A stretch of DNA of 45,479 nt, the filler included, from Jimgerdemannia flammicorona (taxonomy: Eukaryota), in the NCBI GenBank assembly GCA_003990765.1. It is 2 parts of 2 records of this genome, joined end to end, with 100 filler letters (N's around TTAATTAATTAA, not from the genome) between each part and the next. Parts side by side here need not be neighbours in the genome. Positions count along the whole stretch, not along the records: positions 22,792 to 45,479 come from RBNJ01001225.1; 1 more part is not named here. One strand, written 5' to 3'. Positions 34,666 through 45,479 of the stretch are shown here, one piece after another. The notes beneath the pieces are model-generated. The model ran no database searches. It saw nothing but the letters and a program-made list of their open reading frames with translations, and was not told the origin of the DNA. The stretch's first letter is position 1. Each line of letters opens with the position of its first letter. The position numbers and the translations under genes are program-made.

Positions 34666-37600
34666 TGTAACGAATCGTTACATACCTACAAGCCACTGCA
34701 GAAATTCGGGGACATATCCAGCACACCATATTTAGTTATAGCCTCAAACATGTATAAATACTCTCTGTACTCATTCCTTTCTCCAGTAACATTCAGGTTA
34801 CACAACCTTCTGGCAATACTTACAACACAGTTTTTGGAGAAAAGATACTAGTATCATGGCAACTGAAAAGTGTTCCAAGGTGTATACTGAGCAGGGTGGT
34901 TTTGGTGTATTTGACTGGCAGTATGTGGAGAGGAGTCCTGACTTGGGGGGAAGCATGAGGGGCCTGCTGGCAGGAGGACATAGTAGGGGAGGAGGCAGTG
35001 CTGGAGGTCAGGGGACAGAGAGAGCAAGCTTCATAGAGAAGGTGAAGGGGGGTCAACAGATAGCTGGGCTGGAGAGTTGGCTGAGGGGGGACAAGACAAT
35101 AGTGAGAGATATAGGGCAGAGACTTCAAAGGAGAGCCCCTCTGGGGGGCCAGAGTAGTGGAGCTGATGGTATAGTGGCTGAGAAAGTGACTGTTGATGGG
35201 AGTATAATGGACAATCTGGAAAAAAATCTTAATGAGACTACTGATGGTAGACTAAGTTATGAGAAGAGTATGAGGCCTAATGACCTAGCTGATGATATAA
35301 TGGAACTGATAGTAACACTATTACTCAAGAAGTCAATCTCAGAATTCACAGTCACCTTGTACTTCAGGGGCTTGGTAGTAATAGTGAAAATGGTTCTGGA
35401 GCTGATTGTGAAATAGATGGAAGACACAGTATCTGTTAAGTTCCTGAAGGGTCTGAAAGAGATAGAGGTGAGCTTTGAGGAGGCAGGACCACTGGAGGAG
35501 GCACTGAAGACTGGGTTGATGATTGGGGAGGTGTGTGTCTCAATAGTACAGTACTTGAGATGGGATCTCAGAGTAGTATAGCTCCTAATGAAGAGAGTGT
35601 CTATAATGACTACTGCAGAGATGAGGAGAAGAGTTGAGAAGATCATGGCTAAGTATGGAGAGGTAGTTGATGTAAGGTTTAGGATCTGAGAAGGGACTAC
35701 TTTCTGGATAGGAGATATTGATATCTGGATTTGACTAGTAGAGAGAGAGACTACTGGTAAGGTGTATGATTGGCCTTCAGTAATGATGTGGAGAGCCTTT
35801 GTATGTAAGGTAATAAGGGTAAAGAGAAGTGAGAAGAAGGAGGAGGATCTGTTGGAGATACTAGAGGAGCTGAGTGGTATAGTGGGGTAGAGATTGAAGA
35901 CTTAGAAAATATATGTAGAGTTAACACACTTGGAGATTATTGATGGAAGGTGAGCCTATATTGATAAGGAGTTGTGGGAGAGGACTCAAGGTTGCAGGAG
36001 GCAGAGGGAGTTGCTGGTAAGTCTAGAGATAAAGAAGATGAGGGCTACTAATAGTAGCAAGGATGCTGGGGGAGTCTTGGCAAGTATCTGGACTGAGAGA
36101 TAAGAAGAGAATGTAGAGGTGGGTCAGGAGAAGGCCAGGAAGGTACTGAGTGAGGATCTATATAAGAATAGTACATATGTTCAAAGTCTGAGAGCAGTCT
36201 CTTACTCCTACACCTCTTATCAAGTAGAGACCAGCTGCAAGAGGTTGAGTAGCAGAGGATATACCTATGTATAGTACTCAGTGGGTATACTTTGGAGTTT
36301 CTGAGTTGGCAAAAGAAGGACAAGTAGTGATAGTTAGTAAGGAGGAACTGGTGGATGTTCTGAAGGAGAGGTGAAATGAGACTATAAGTATGAGAGAGAA
36401 TATCTTGATGCTGAGTAGAGAATGGCCTATAACCTCTGGGAGGAAGAAAGTAGGGAATCTACTGTAGATATGCTAGATGATGAATAATCTTATAGCTGAG
36501 GAACTAGGGGAAGTGGATCTGAGAGTAATGAGTGATGAGCACTGGGCAAGGATCATATGTGGCAAGAGAGTAGTGGAGGTATTAAGGGCAGAGATACTGG
36601 TAATCTTTCTAGAGAAGGAAGGATATGAGATAGATAAGGAGAGAGAGGCCAAGCTGGCAGTTATTGCTAGTGAGCAGGCCACCTACTGCTGGGAAAAGTA
36701 TATGGTTTATAGCTCTGACAAGAGGCCTGCCTGGAGTATCATAAGAATTTTGAAAAAAAGGAGAATGGAAAAATGACTGAGCTACTGGAGAGATTGGAGA
36801 CTAAGAGGGCTGAAGAGGAGATAATGTCTACTAAATATAACCTAGACTTAGCAAGAGAGGTGAGAGATATGGAGCAGTAAAGGATACTTTTTCAATTTTA
36901 TAATATTTCTTATGAACAGTATAACTAATATTTTTTCTCTCAATATGAATGGGTTACAGGATTCATTTCAGCATCAGAATATTTTTGCTTGACTGAAGAG
37001 ACTGGAGGCTGATCTCTTTCTTTTATAGGATGTCAGGTGTGATGATGAGTTAGATAGACTAAAGTGGACTAAGAAATGGTGAGGAGAGACTATATATATA
37101 AAAAGGCAAGGTAGGGATTCTGGTCCAGAGGGATAGAGGAGAGATATACAAGAGGTAAGAAGCTAGAGTGACAGGCTGATTAGGAGAGAGTGGATTCAGG
37201 CAGGTTGGAAGTCAGTTATACTTACTACTATTTTGCTGTATAGAGAGAGTGTGTAGACTGGATGAAGGGTCTCCAGGAGAGTGGGGCTCTCATGGAGACT
37301 GGAGTAGATATGCTTGGTGGGGACTTCAATATAGTCTGAGATGTATTGGTAGATAGGACTGATAGAGAGTGGGGGGCAGAGGGTAAGAGTGGAGGTCTGG
37401 AGGTATGGGAGAAAGTGGAGAGACTGAGTGTGATAGTGGATACTGGCAGGGGATTTTGGGATGATAGGAGGGTATATATACATTGGGCCAGAGGTCTGGG
37501 GATGAGGATCAACTGAGTTCTAACTATAGACTGCTGGGGTTTGGATATCTGAAAATTACTAGAGGTTGAATGGTATCTATTGTCTGATCATTGGGGGTTA

Positions 37601-40600
37601 TTAGAACAAGATCATTTTGAGGAAAGTGAGGATAGGCCTAGACATTAGTGTCTAAATTCCTCTTTGTTAGATAATAAGGAACTGTGAGATAAGTGAGCTG
37701 TAGATATTCAGCAAAGGATAGAGAGATGGGTACAGAAGGGGGCCCCTGTGAGTATTAGGTAGATGTGGCTGAAGAAGGCTGCTAGAGTCTACTGAGGAGA
37801 GGCTGGCAAGTTGGCTGGCAGATAGAGGAGGTGATGGGTGGTATGGGCTTCTGCTGGGCTGGCTTGGCTTCTGGAGAATGGAACTGGACTGTTGGCCCTA
37901 GAGAGGGGGGAGGACTGGAGATTGTTGTAGATATAGAAAGAGGTTGAGGAATTACAACTGGTGGTAAGAGAGAAGGAGGAGGCATAGGTGTAGAGTCTGG
38001 TAGTATAGTTGCATTGGCAAGGACTAGAGGAAGGGAAGAGATTCTCTAAGTTCCTCACAAAGGCCCTTCAGGCAAGAAGAGTTCAGCAGAGATAGGAGGA
38101 GGCATTGAATACTGATGGTCATCTAGTGTATGGTATATAAGATATTCTTAGATTATTAAAAGGAAAGTGGAGTGGTCTGTAGAGTGAGAAGGAGAGAGGG
38201 GCAGATGATGCTGCTATTGACTATGCTTTGGAGGATTGGTACTCTCTATAGGTAGGAGGACTAGACAGTCTAGTATTACCAGTACAGAAGGAGGAGATTT
38301 GTCAGATTCTTGCTACAACTTTGCTAGACACAGTATCAGAGGAGGATGGCTTGCCTTGGGACTTTTGGAAAAATATAGTGGGAATTCCTGGTATGCTAGA
38401 AGAATTGATAGCTATATATAACTTAGTACTATAGTTAGAGAGATGGGTGAGCAAGCAGGATCTGAGGCTGGTGGCACTACTCTATAAGGATAAAGGCAGA
38501 AGAGAGAACTAGAGGAACTGGCAGCTAATTATACTACTAGATATGGATAGAAAGTTGTTACTAAGTTAGTGGTGGTAAGGTTGCAGAAGGTGGCTCAGTA
38601 GATATTGAGAGAGGAACAGCAGGGTTTTGTGGGTAGCTAGCTCATTATAGATGGCACAGCTTGGGTACATAGTATTATTGAAGAGGCACAAGCCTGTAGA
38701 CTAAATGGGTGCCTGGTTTTTCTAGATCAAGAGAAGACATATAACTACATCTGGCAGGGCTGGTTGGCAAAGGTATTGGATAGAATTGATATCCCTCAGC
38801 AGTTCTGAGTAATAATGATCAGTCTACTGGAAGAGAGTCAAGCAGTACTCATATACAATAGGCACTAAGAGGGGGCTTTTTCTCTGAGTAGAGGGGTCCT
38901 CCAAGGGGACCTGCTGTTCTCCATTTTGTATATACTCTCATTGGAGCCATTGATGGATAGAATTTGGTAAAAAATAGTAGAACTCTCAGTATTGGATATT
39001 GGATAGAAGGTTGAAGCCTTTGCAGATGATATAGTGGTTGGCCTAGGATCAATTGCTGATATAGAAGAGCTCAAGACAATGGTGGAGTGATATGAGATAT
39101 ATTCTGAGGCTAAACTTAACTAGTATAAGTGTGAGATAATAGTGTTAGATAATGGTCTAGTAGGAGGAGATGTCATTGGAACAATTGTCTCTACTGGGGA
39201 GATAGTATGCTATCTAGATATTTATCTCTTAGTTTATGGGTCAGTCTTATCTAGGGCTTGGTGGGAGCAGTGAGTTGCAATCTAGGGGGAGGCTTTGTAG
39301 AGCTAAAGTAGCTATCAGTTATCTCTAGCTAGATATATTTCTACTTTGAATATCTACTGACTACTGAAGCTATGATATTTGACTTATCATCTAGACTTCC
39401 CAGCCTGAGTGGTGAAGTGATTGCTGAAACTGACCAAGGGTTGAATCTGGGCTAAGAGGAGGAGTCAGATTAGCTGGGAAATCTTATCTCTACCAGTCAC
39501 TAGAGGAGGTCTGGGACTGGTTGACTTTTTGAAGAGACTGTATTGCTTGAGAGTATGGTAGTTGAAGAGGGCAGTGGAGCTGAGAAATAGTAGCTGGATT
39601 CTCCTGATAAAGAGGGTCTGAGAGATGAGGTCTCTACCAAGAGACTCTATGAGTGATCTACTGTTATTGGTTAGACTTCAGAACATTGACCACATATGGT
39701 ATAAGGGGTTCTGGTGGAGGGTTGTAGATGAGGTATACTGTATTGGAATTCACTAATAGAAAGATAAAGGAGAGATACCTTAGAATCCTGAGATGTAGAG
39801 ATAAGACTATGTACTGTTGAGAGGTATCTCATTACTTGATTTCAATATTAGTGATGGGATAGAGTGTCAGAGAGGGTTAGGACAGAATTTGTAGCCTGGT
39901 GGATAGCAGTAAGTAAGTATCAGAGAGAAGTGAGAATAGAATGGAGTTTGGACCTAGAGTGCTGAGATTAGGTAATAGTTGCCACCAAAGTACTGGGTGA
40001 TCTGGTGGTACATATTACAAAGGAATATCATGTTCAACTTTTGCTCAGGCCATCTAGTCAAGGGGGGAAGTTTTGACTGTAAGGAGTGCTATAATGTTGA
40101 GTAGGAAGAGAGTTTTGTACAGATGTCTGAATATTAGCTGAGAGAGTATAAGGTGCTTGGTGACTTCTGGTTGGCAGTTGGGCATTAATTGGGTATAGTA
40201 TATAGAGGAGGTGATATGAGAGACCATTGGGAGAATTTGCAGAATAGATTGGTAGAGGGGGGTTAGATTGGAGTAGCTTACTTTAGGCTGGATTATGGCT
40301 GTATAGATAGGATTGGTGGGTTATTAGTTGTTTGTTTTTGAGGATAAAAGGAGACTAGAATTAAGAACATGGTTACTGAGGTAGGAAGGGCTGATAGAGG
40401 ACATCTTGAGGGCTGGTGGCTTGGTTGGGGCCTGCAGAGTGGTTGGCAGTATAGTTTGGTCAAGAAAATCTATAGGCAGAGTAGTAGGAGAGTTAGGGTG
40501 GTGGGTGAGAGGGTGTCTTTCAAGTATAAAGAGATAGGGTGGAGCTCTTCTAGGGGGGTTGAATAGTGGGAGGAGGTATTGTAACTATATCTATAGACTG

Positions 40601-42084
40601 GTAATAAATGGTAAAGTCTAAGTAAAAAAAAAATAAAAAAAAATAAAAAAAAATAAAAATACTCTCTATACTGAGTGTGTTGTAACCTCAGCTCTACTTT
40701 TCTCTTTCAAGAATAAATCAGTATTCTTACTCAAGAACCCTCAGACCTGACTTATTAATGATTCTGAGTCTGATCAACTTGAGATATAAGTATGGTATTT
40801 TCCTTATACTTTATTAAAAGTGATACTTAGACAAGATCTATACTATATATACTTTAGAACTTAGTACTTTCTCAAGAACTCAGAACTTAGAACTAATACA
40901 TAGTCACTATTGACTATCTGCAATATATTAATTCTATTAGTATATATGTAGTTTGATTATAATTTAGTAGTAGTAGAAGTTACTCCTCATTTATGAGTAA
41001 CCTTTCTTCAAAAATCTACTACAGATAATTAGAACTAGTCAATATCACTAATATTATCAGCAATAGTTAAAAAGTATCTTCACTCTAGATACTCTCCAGA
41101 CTTAAGCTAAAGAATCTAATAGAATTATCACTAAGTAGATTAAAACTCATATCAGTTAAGGAAAGTTTGACAAACTCAATAATAAAACTATCTAAGAAGT
41201 ATTCAATATCTTCTTTATATTTAATAAAGAAGTCTTCTATACTATCAAACTTAAGGAGAAATTCAATAAGTTAATTAGTAGTCACTTTTATAAAAAAAAA
41301 TATATATATATAAGAGTTCATTGAGGCTATAAGTGAATATTTTTTCTAATAATTACTACTATAAAGTCAAGGCCTTTCTAAACTATAAGAAATACTATAC
41401 TTATTAAAAGAAATCTCACTTCTATTATTAAATTTTCTATATATAAGTAAGAATAATTTAGTAATAAAAACTACAAGCTGCTGAATCTAACAAAGCCCCT
41501 GCTATATCATCTAGATCTAGGAGAATAATTGAAAAGATATCTGAATCTAATATTAGTGGTTCCAGCATTATTACAGAACTATTACTAAGAATATCAAGCC
41601 TATCAAAAATTATAGCAGATCTAACAATCACTCTATCAAGACCACTAGTCTACAAGCTTACTCATCTCAGTGATATTATAGAAAAGTCAACTCTAAATTA
41701 TAATCGATATATCACAATAATAGAAGAAGGACCCCAACTATCTCGTCAAATAGATAACAGAGATATATAGCAAAATTATATTTATAAATAATAAGATAAT
41801 AGTACTGACTGACCTAATAATCATATTTACTCAAGTTCTTTATCTTAGTATTGAAATAAACAAACTCATGAAAGATCTCTATCTTATACTATTCAAAGAC
41901 AAAGTAGACTAAATAATATTATTTATAGGATAAGTTGATACCAATTATCATATTAATAGATAGAATAATAATTAGAACTTAGACAGTATTCTTAACAATA
42001 ATAAGTACTATAAGATTGAAGATTTCTATATAACTACAGACTCATAAGTAGAGAAAGTTACTATCTATTTTATAGATACAGCTA
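34666..42084 (+). mobile_element. Heavily decayed LTR-element-like remnant hosting LINE copy B (own sequence 34666-34771 and 40673-42084)
   Basis: TGTAAC start, TATA (TGTATAAATA at 34751), AATAAA after the LINE at about 40712, then AT-rich decayed sequence with weak gag-like text. Confidence 0.45.
34772..40656 (+). mobile_element. LINE copy B, full-length, heavily mutated; ORF1 34856-36880, ORF2 36912-about 40566
   Basis: Colinear with copy A (MNS..NIFSLNMNG, LDQEK, QGD, AFADD). A-rich tail at 40624-40659; 16-bp TSD AAATACTCTCT(G/A)TACT at 34756-34771 and 40657-40672. Confidence 0.94.
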
Positions 42085-42787
42085 CGATAAGAGGGTTATT
42101 TATTAGGATAACTGTTACATAGTTCTGGAAGAGTTTTCTAGAAGTTCTGGATATTCTAGAAGACTGTTTTCTTAAGGTCAAGATCAATTTCATATAGAGT
42201 ATGTCCTCTACACTTATTGATTTTAAGTTTGGGTTGACATCTCAACCAAAGTTCTTTTTTGGACTAGTTCTGGATATTCAGGATTTTCTATATTTCAGGA
42301 AGTTTAAGAAACTAAGACTAGCTTAGTTGAATTGGCATATTGCTGCAGACAATACCCAATTAGGAAATTTCGTGATGAGTTAGGAGTGAGACCTAACAGA
42401 GAGCAGATTTACTTAAAAGTGATTTGTGAGTTATTAAATAGATTTATTTGCTATTTATAATATTGTTATACTAGGAGTAGTTGTATAAAGGGATATTGTG
42501 GGAAAGTGCTCAGGAGTTGTGTTCGGATTATTCAAGTCTTCAAGTCTGTTTGAGTCTTCAGTCTGAGATCCTGAGGTCTGGGAGAGGGGGTATTTATACT
42601 AGTGAGGGGCTATCTGGACTATGCTAGATATGGATATAGTACTTAGTGCCTTGCTGAGTTGGAATACAGTCATGTAGTATAAGTGTGATCTGATATATCA
42701 AGAGATCATCTAACTGCTAAGTCAGTTCACAGTTATATCATATAAGGCTAATCTAACTATGCTATGACTGCTAAGCTATTTATAGAT

Positions 42788-44543
42788 TTAGACACTGTCT
42801 GGATAGTCTTTGATGACATTACTATCAATGACATTATCTCTGATAAAGTAGTTATTTAGGAAGAGTTGTTTGTAGATTAACTCTCCTTGTTCACTGAGGT
42901 AATAATATATTAGAACTTTATCACCATCCCACAGGATAGCATCATCTGTCTTGTATGCTGGGTAAGGTGTTAGTGGGCAAAGAAGTGGTGCATTATCTTC
43001 ACTTTCATTGGATTCACTATCTGTATACTTTCTATAAGTTATGGCACTATGAGTTATGGGGTTATAGTAAGCTAGTGGCTGTGGTTCATATCATTCATAT
43101 TTGGATGGTAGAGTGGTTGGTTCAATCTTGAGAGTTGTCTGAAGGTACAGGTTGTGTTCTCCAGTCTCTTTATTATAGTTGAAGTAATCAGAGGTAAATG
43201 TAGGTTGATACTTATACCAGTGATCATTGTTCCAATAGGTCTTGTAGGTAGTTATGAACTATTGCAAGTTCATCAGTAAGATTGGTGGTGTGATCAGGGT
43301 TGACAGAAATTCTTAGCTTTGGGTTATATCAGTATCAGAGAAATCATTATTTTCTACTTTATCTTTGTCAAATCAGATTATATCATAGACATCCTTCATA
43401 GTATATCTGACTTGAGGTATTTGCAGGATATGATTATTGGGGTGTGGGAAGGTTCTGTCTGTGGTCTAAATATACTTGAGGTACTTGTGATTGAGTTCTT
43501 GTATCATGTCATTGATTTGGCCATAGGACAGAGTAGCAATCATTTTGCTGGTAGTAATTTAGAGATAGGAAATAACAGTACTATACTCATAAAAGAGTTC
43601 TCAGTATTTATGGGCAATGAGTTTCTGGTGTTGAGATATCTGAATAATGTCTATATCATAGTGGTGTTCAACCATGTCTTCTAGAAGGCAGCCAATCTGG
43701 TAGTAGCTTGAGATTTGTCTGATTCAGTAGGCCTTACTAAGCATGTTCAGGGTATTCCATTGGGCCTCCATGAAGTAGAGAGGTACTAAGCTATGGATAT
43801 TTATAAGGGACAGAAGGGGTATGGCTCAGTTGACAATGGTATTCCAAATATCAGCATGGATGCAGTTGTAGATCTTGGTACTTATGTTTGTATATTTAGA
43901 AGTTGTGGTTATATATTTAATTTGTTTTAGTTCTCTGTTTTGATGCATCTCGATGCTTGGTATATATATATTTAGTCCTGATTGGTAAGATCCCATTTGT
44001 GTAAATCTTGTGTTCTATGACTTCATATTGACTCAGCTTTGTATACTGTGACTTTGGTCTGACTTAGCTTCATGATCTTATAAGTGATTTCCAGATTTGT
44101 TCAGAGGTCATATGTGATTTTAGTAGCTTGTTCAGAGGGTGACATATAATTTTGGTGGCTTGGAGATTGTGCACTTACAACTCTCCCCTTCTTAGCTTTC
44201 AATATCCTTGTCAAGGTCTTCTAATTTGTTCTAGTGTTATTACACCATTTGGGAGGTCAAAAGTCTGGTGAAGTCTATTTTTTCAGAAAGTGACATACTC
44301 ATAGTACAGTTGTCTAACATATTAGATTCATATATTAAAGAGTTATGTGTTCAATGTCATGTACTGGAAGTGATTCTGATGTCATTTACTGCTGGAGAAT
44401 TTCCTCTAAAGAATCTTCTTAAATATCTATGCCTCATTTCTCATCAATAATATGGGGAGAATAGGCTTGCTTTCAGTTTTGCTATTTTTCCAGAGAGTCA
44501 GTATTCTTTTGTCTTAACTTGTTGAGTTCTTGATTTTGTTCAT
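42788..44543 (-). pseudogene. Decayed extra ORF downstream of the chromodomain (unknown function)
   Basis: Long coding-like frames whose stops are mostly C>T/G>A type, e.g. IRQISSYYQIGCLLEDMVEHH..KLIAHKY*ELFYEY..SKMIATLS. Confidence 0.5.
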
Positions 44544-44606
44544 GATAATTATAATGTTCAGGAGGGTAATGTATAGTATATACTGATAGGTGCCAAGTAT
44601 TCAGAT

Positions 44607-44810
44607 TTAGTTGTTCAAGGAATCATATTCCTGAACTAAGTTGGTGACATTCTGGAGATTGGTCTTGGATTCCCATATTGTATCATAGATCAGATAACCT
44701 TTCCATTTGACAAGGTACTTGGGGTGGTTCTTGTTGCCAAATTTGTTGAGGATTTGTTCAACTTCATATTCTTCTTAGTCATTAATAATGACAGGTGTAG
44801 GTGGTTCCAT
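44607..44810 (-). pseudogene. Integrase-associated chromodomain
   Basis: MEPPTPVIIND*EEYEVEQILNKFGNKNHPKYLVKWKGYLIYDTIWESKTNLQNVTNLVQEY. Confidence 0.9.
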
Positions 44811-44873
44811 AGTTTAGTTTAGGAATAGCTCATTATCATTTTCATTATATCACTTGAGATATTGGACATCATC

Positions 44874-45184
44874 ATCTTTCTCTGCTATAATTCATGTTAC
44901 ACACACTTTTACAATATACTTTCAAGTTGTTTATTAGAGAAAGGTATTAAGGCAATATCAACCAGCAAGTGAGCCAATATATATACTAAGTCAGATAGAC
45001 CTGGGGCCTTTGACTGGCAATATATTGGGAGAGAGTATGGGCTTGAGATGGGGTTCTTCAGTGGCTCAAGTGGGTAGGGCAGCTTGGACAGTGGAGGCAG
45101 CACTGGTGGGAGAGCTGGAGGGTAGTAGGGAAGGAGCTTTACAGATATGCTGAGGACTGGAGGTTGGCTGATGGGAGCTCACAG
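44874..45184 (+). mobile_element. LINE copy D: 5' end (5' UTR + start of ORF1)
   Basis: Aligns to the reverse complement of about 5370-5679. Confidence 0.88.
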
Positions 45185-45479
45185 TAGTGCTCCGAACGAG
45201 TCAATTCGAATCAAATCCAGATTTGATTCGTCACATGATGGTTTGATTCGAATCTCAAATCCGAAGCCATCCGGATCAACTCGGATTTAATCCGAATCGC
45301 CCCATCCGAATCACCCCATCTGAATCACCCATCCGAACCACCCCAATCCGAATCACTCAATCCGAATCACTCAATCCGAATCGCCCCATCCGAATTGCCC
45401 CATCCGAATCACCCATCCGAATCACCCATCCGAACCACTCCAATCCAAACCACTCCAATCCGAACCACTCAATCCGAAT
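45185..45479. repeat. CpG-rich array of 13-14-bp units (ATCCGAATCACCC-like) after a TAGTG start; probable DNA-transposon (hAT-like) end
   Basis: Abruptly interrupts LINE copy D; repeated ATCCGAA/TTCGAAT/TCGGAT motifs in both orientations near the start. Confidence 0.6.

Larger units (their letters stand above)
42085..44873 (-). mobile_element. Chromovirus-type Gypsy remnant, copy 2: integrase C-terminus/chromodomain, extra 3' ORF, LTR-like segment
   Basis: Chromodomain at 44607-44810; homology to 20510-22135; interrupted at 44874 by LINE copy D. Confidence 0.82.

Noticed and set aside
34666..34682. Perfect palindrome TGTAACGA-A-TCGTTACA as a standalone operator-like site
   Set aside because: More simply explained as the start of the LTR-like remnant; single occurrence.

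Overview
Fungal-type eukaryotic genomic DNA (short GT-AG introns; a Mucoromycota/Endogonales-like origin is an unverified impression). It consists of two contigs joined by an artificial N44-TTAATTAATTAA-N44 linker at 22692-22791. Most of the window is nested, C-to-T-mutated transposon sequence. (1) Four pieces of one L1/Tx1-like LINE family, including a full-length copy with a 16-bp TSD at 34772-40656. (2) A complete Ty3/Gypsy element (7021-19057, 1446-bp LTRs, ATAT TSD, tRNA-Pro-type PBS) with an unusual gag-PR-[Cys/His spacer]-dUTPase-RT-RH-IN layout plus an extra 3' ORF. (3) A 1.47-kb poly(A)-tailed, TSD-flanked retroposed insert made mostly of a 9-bp tandem array, lying inside the 5' LTR of that element. 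(4) Two remnants of a second, chromodomain-bearing Gypsy family that also has a long extra 3' ORF. (5) An intronless decayed zf-PARP pseudogene. (6) A CpG-rich, hAT-like element end at the right edge. A CpG-rich gene island (22.8-34.6 kb) holds the 5' part of a Nup133-like nucleoporin gene and a saccharopine-dehydrogenase-like oxidoreductase gene. All calls were made by eye, without database searches.
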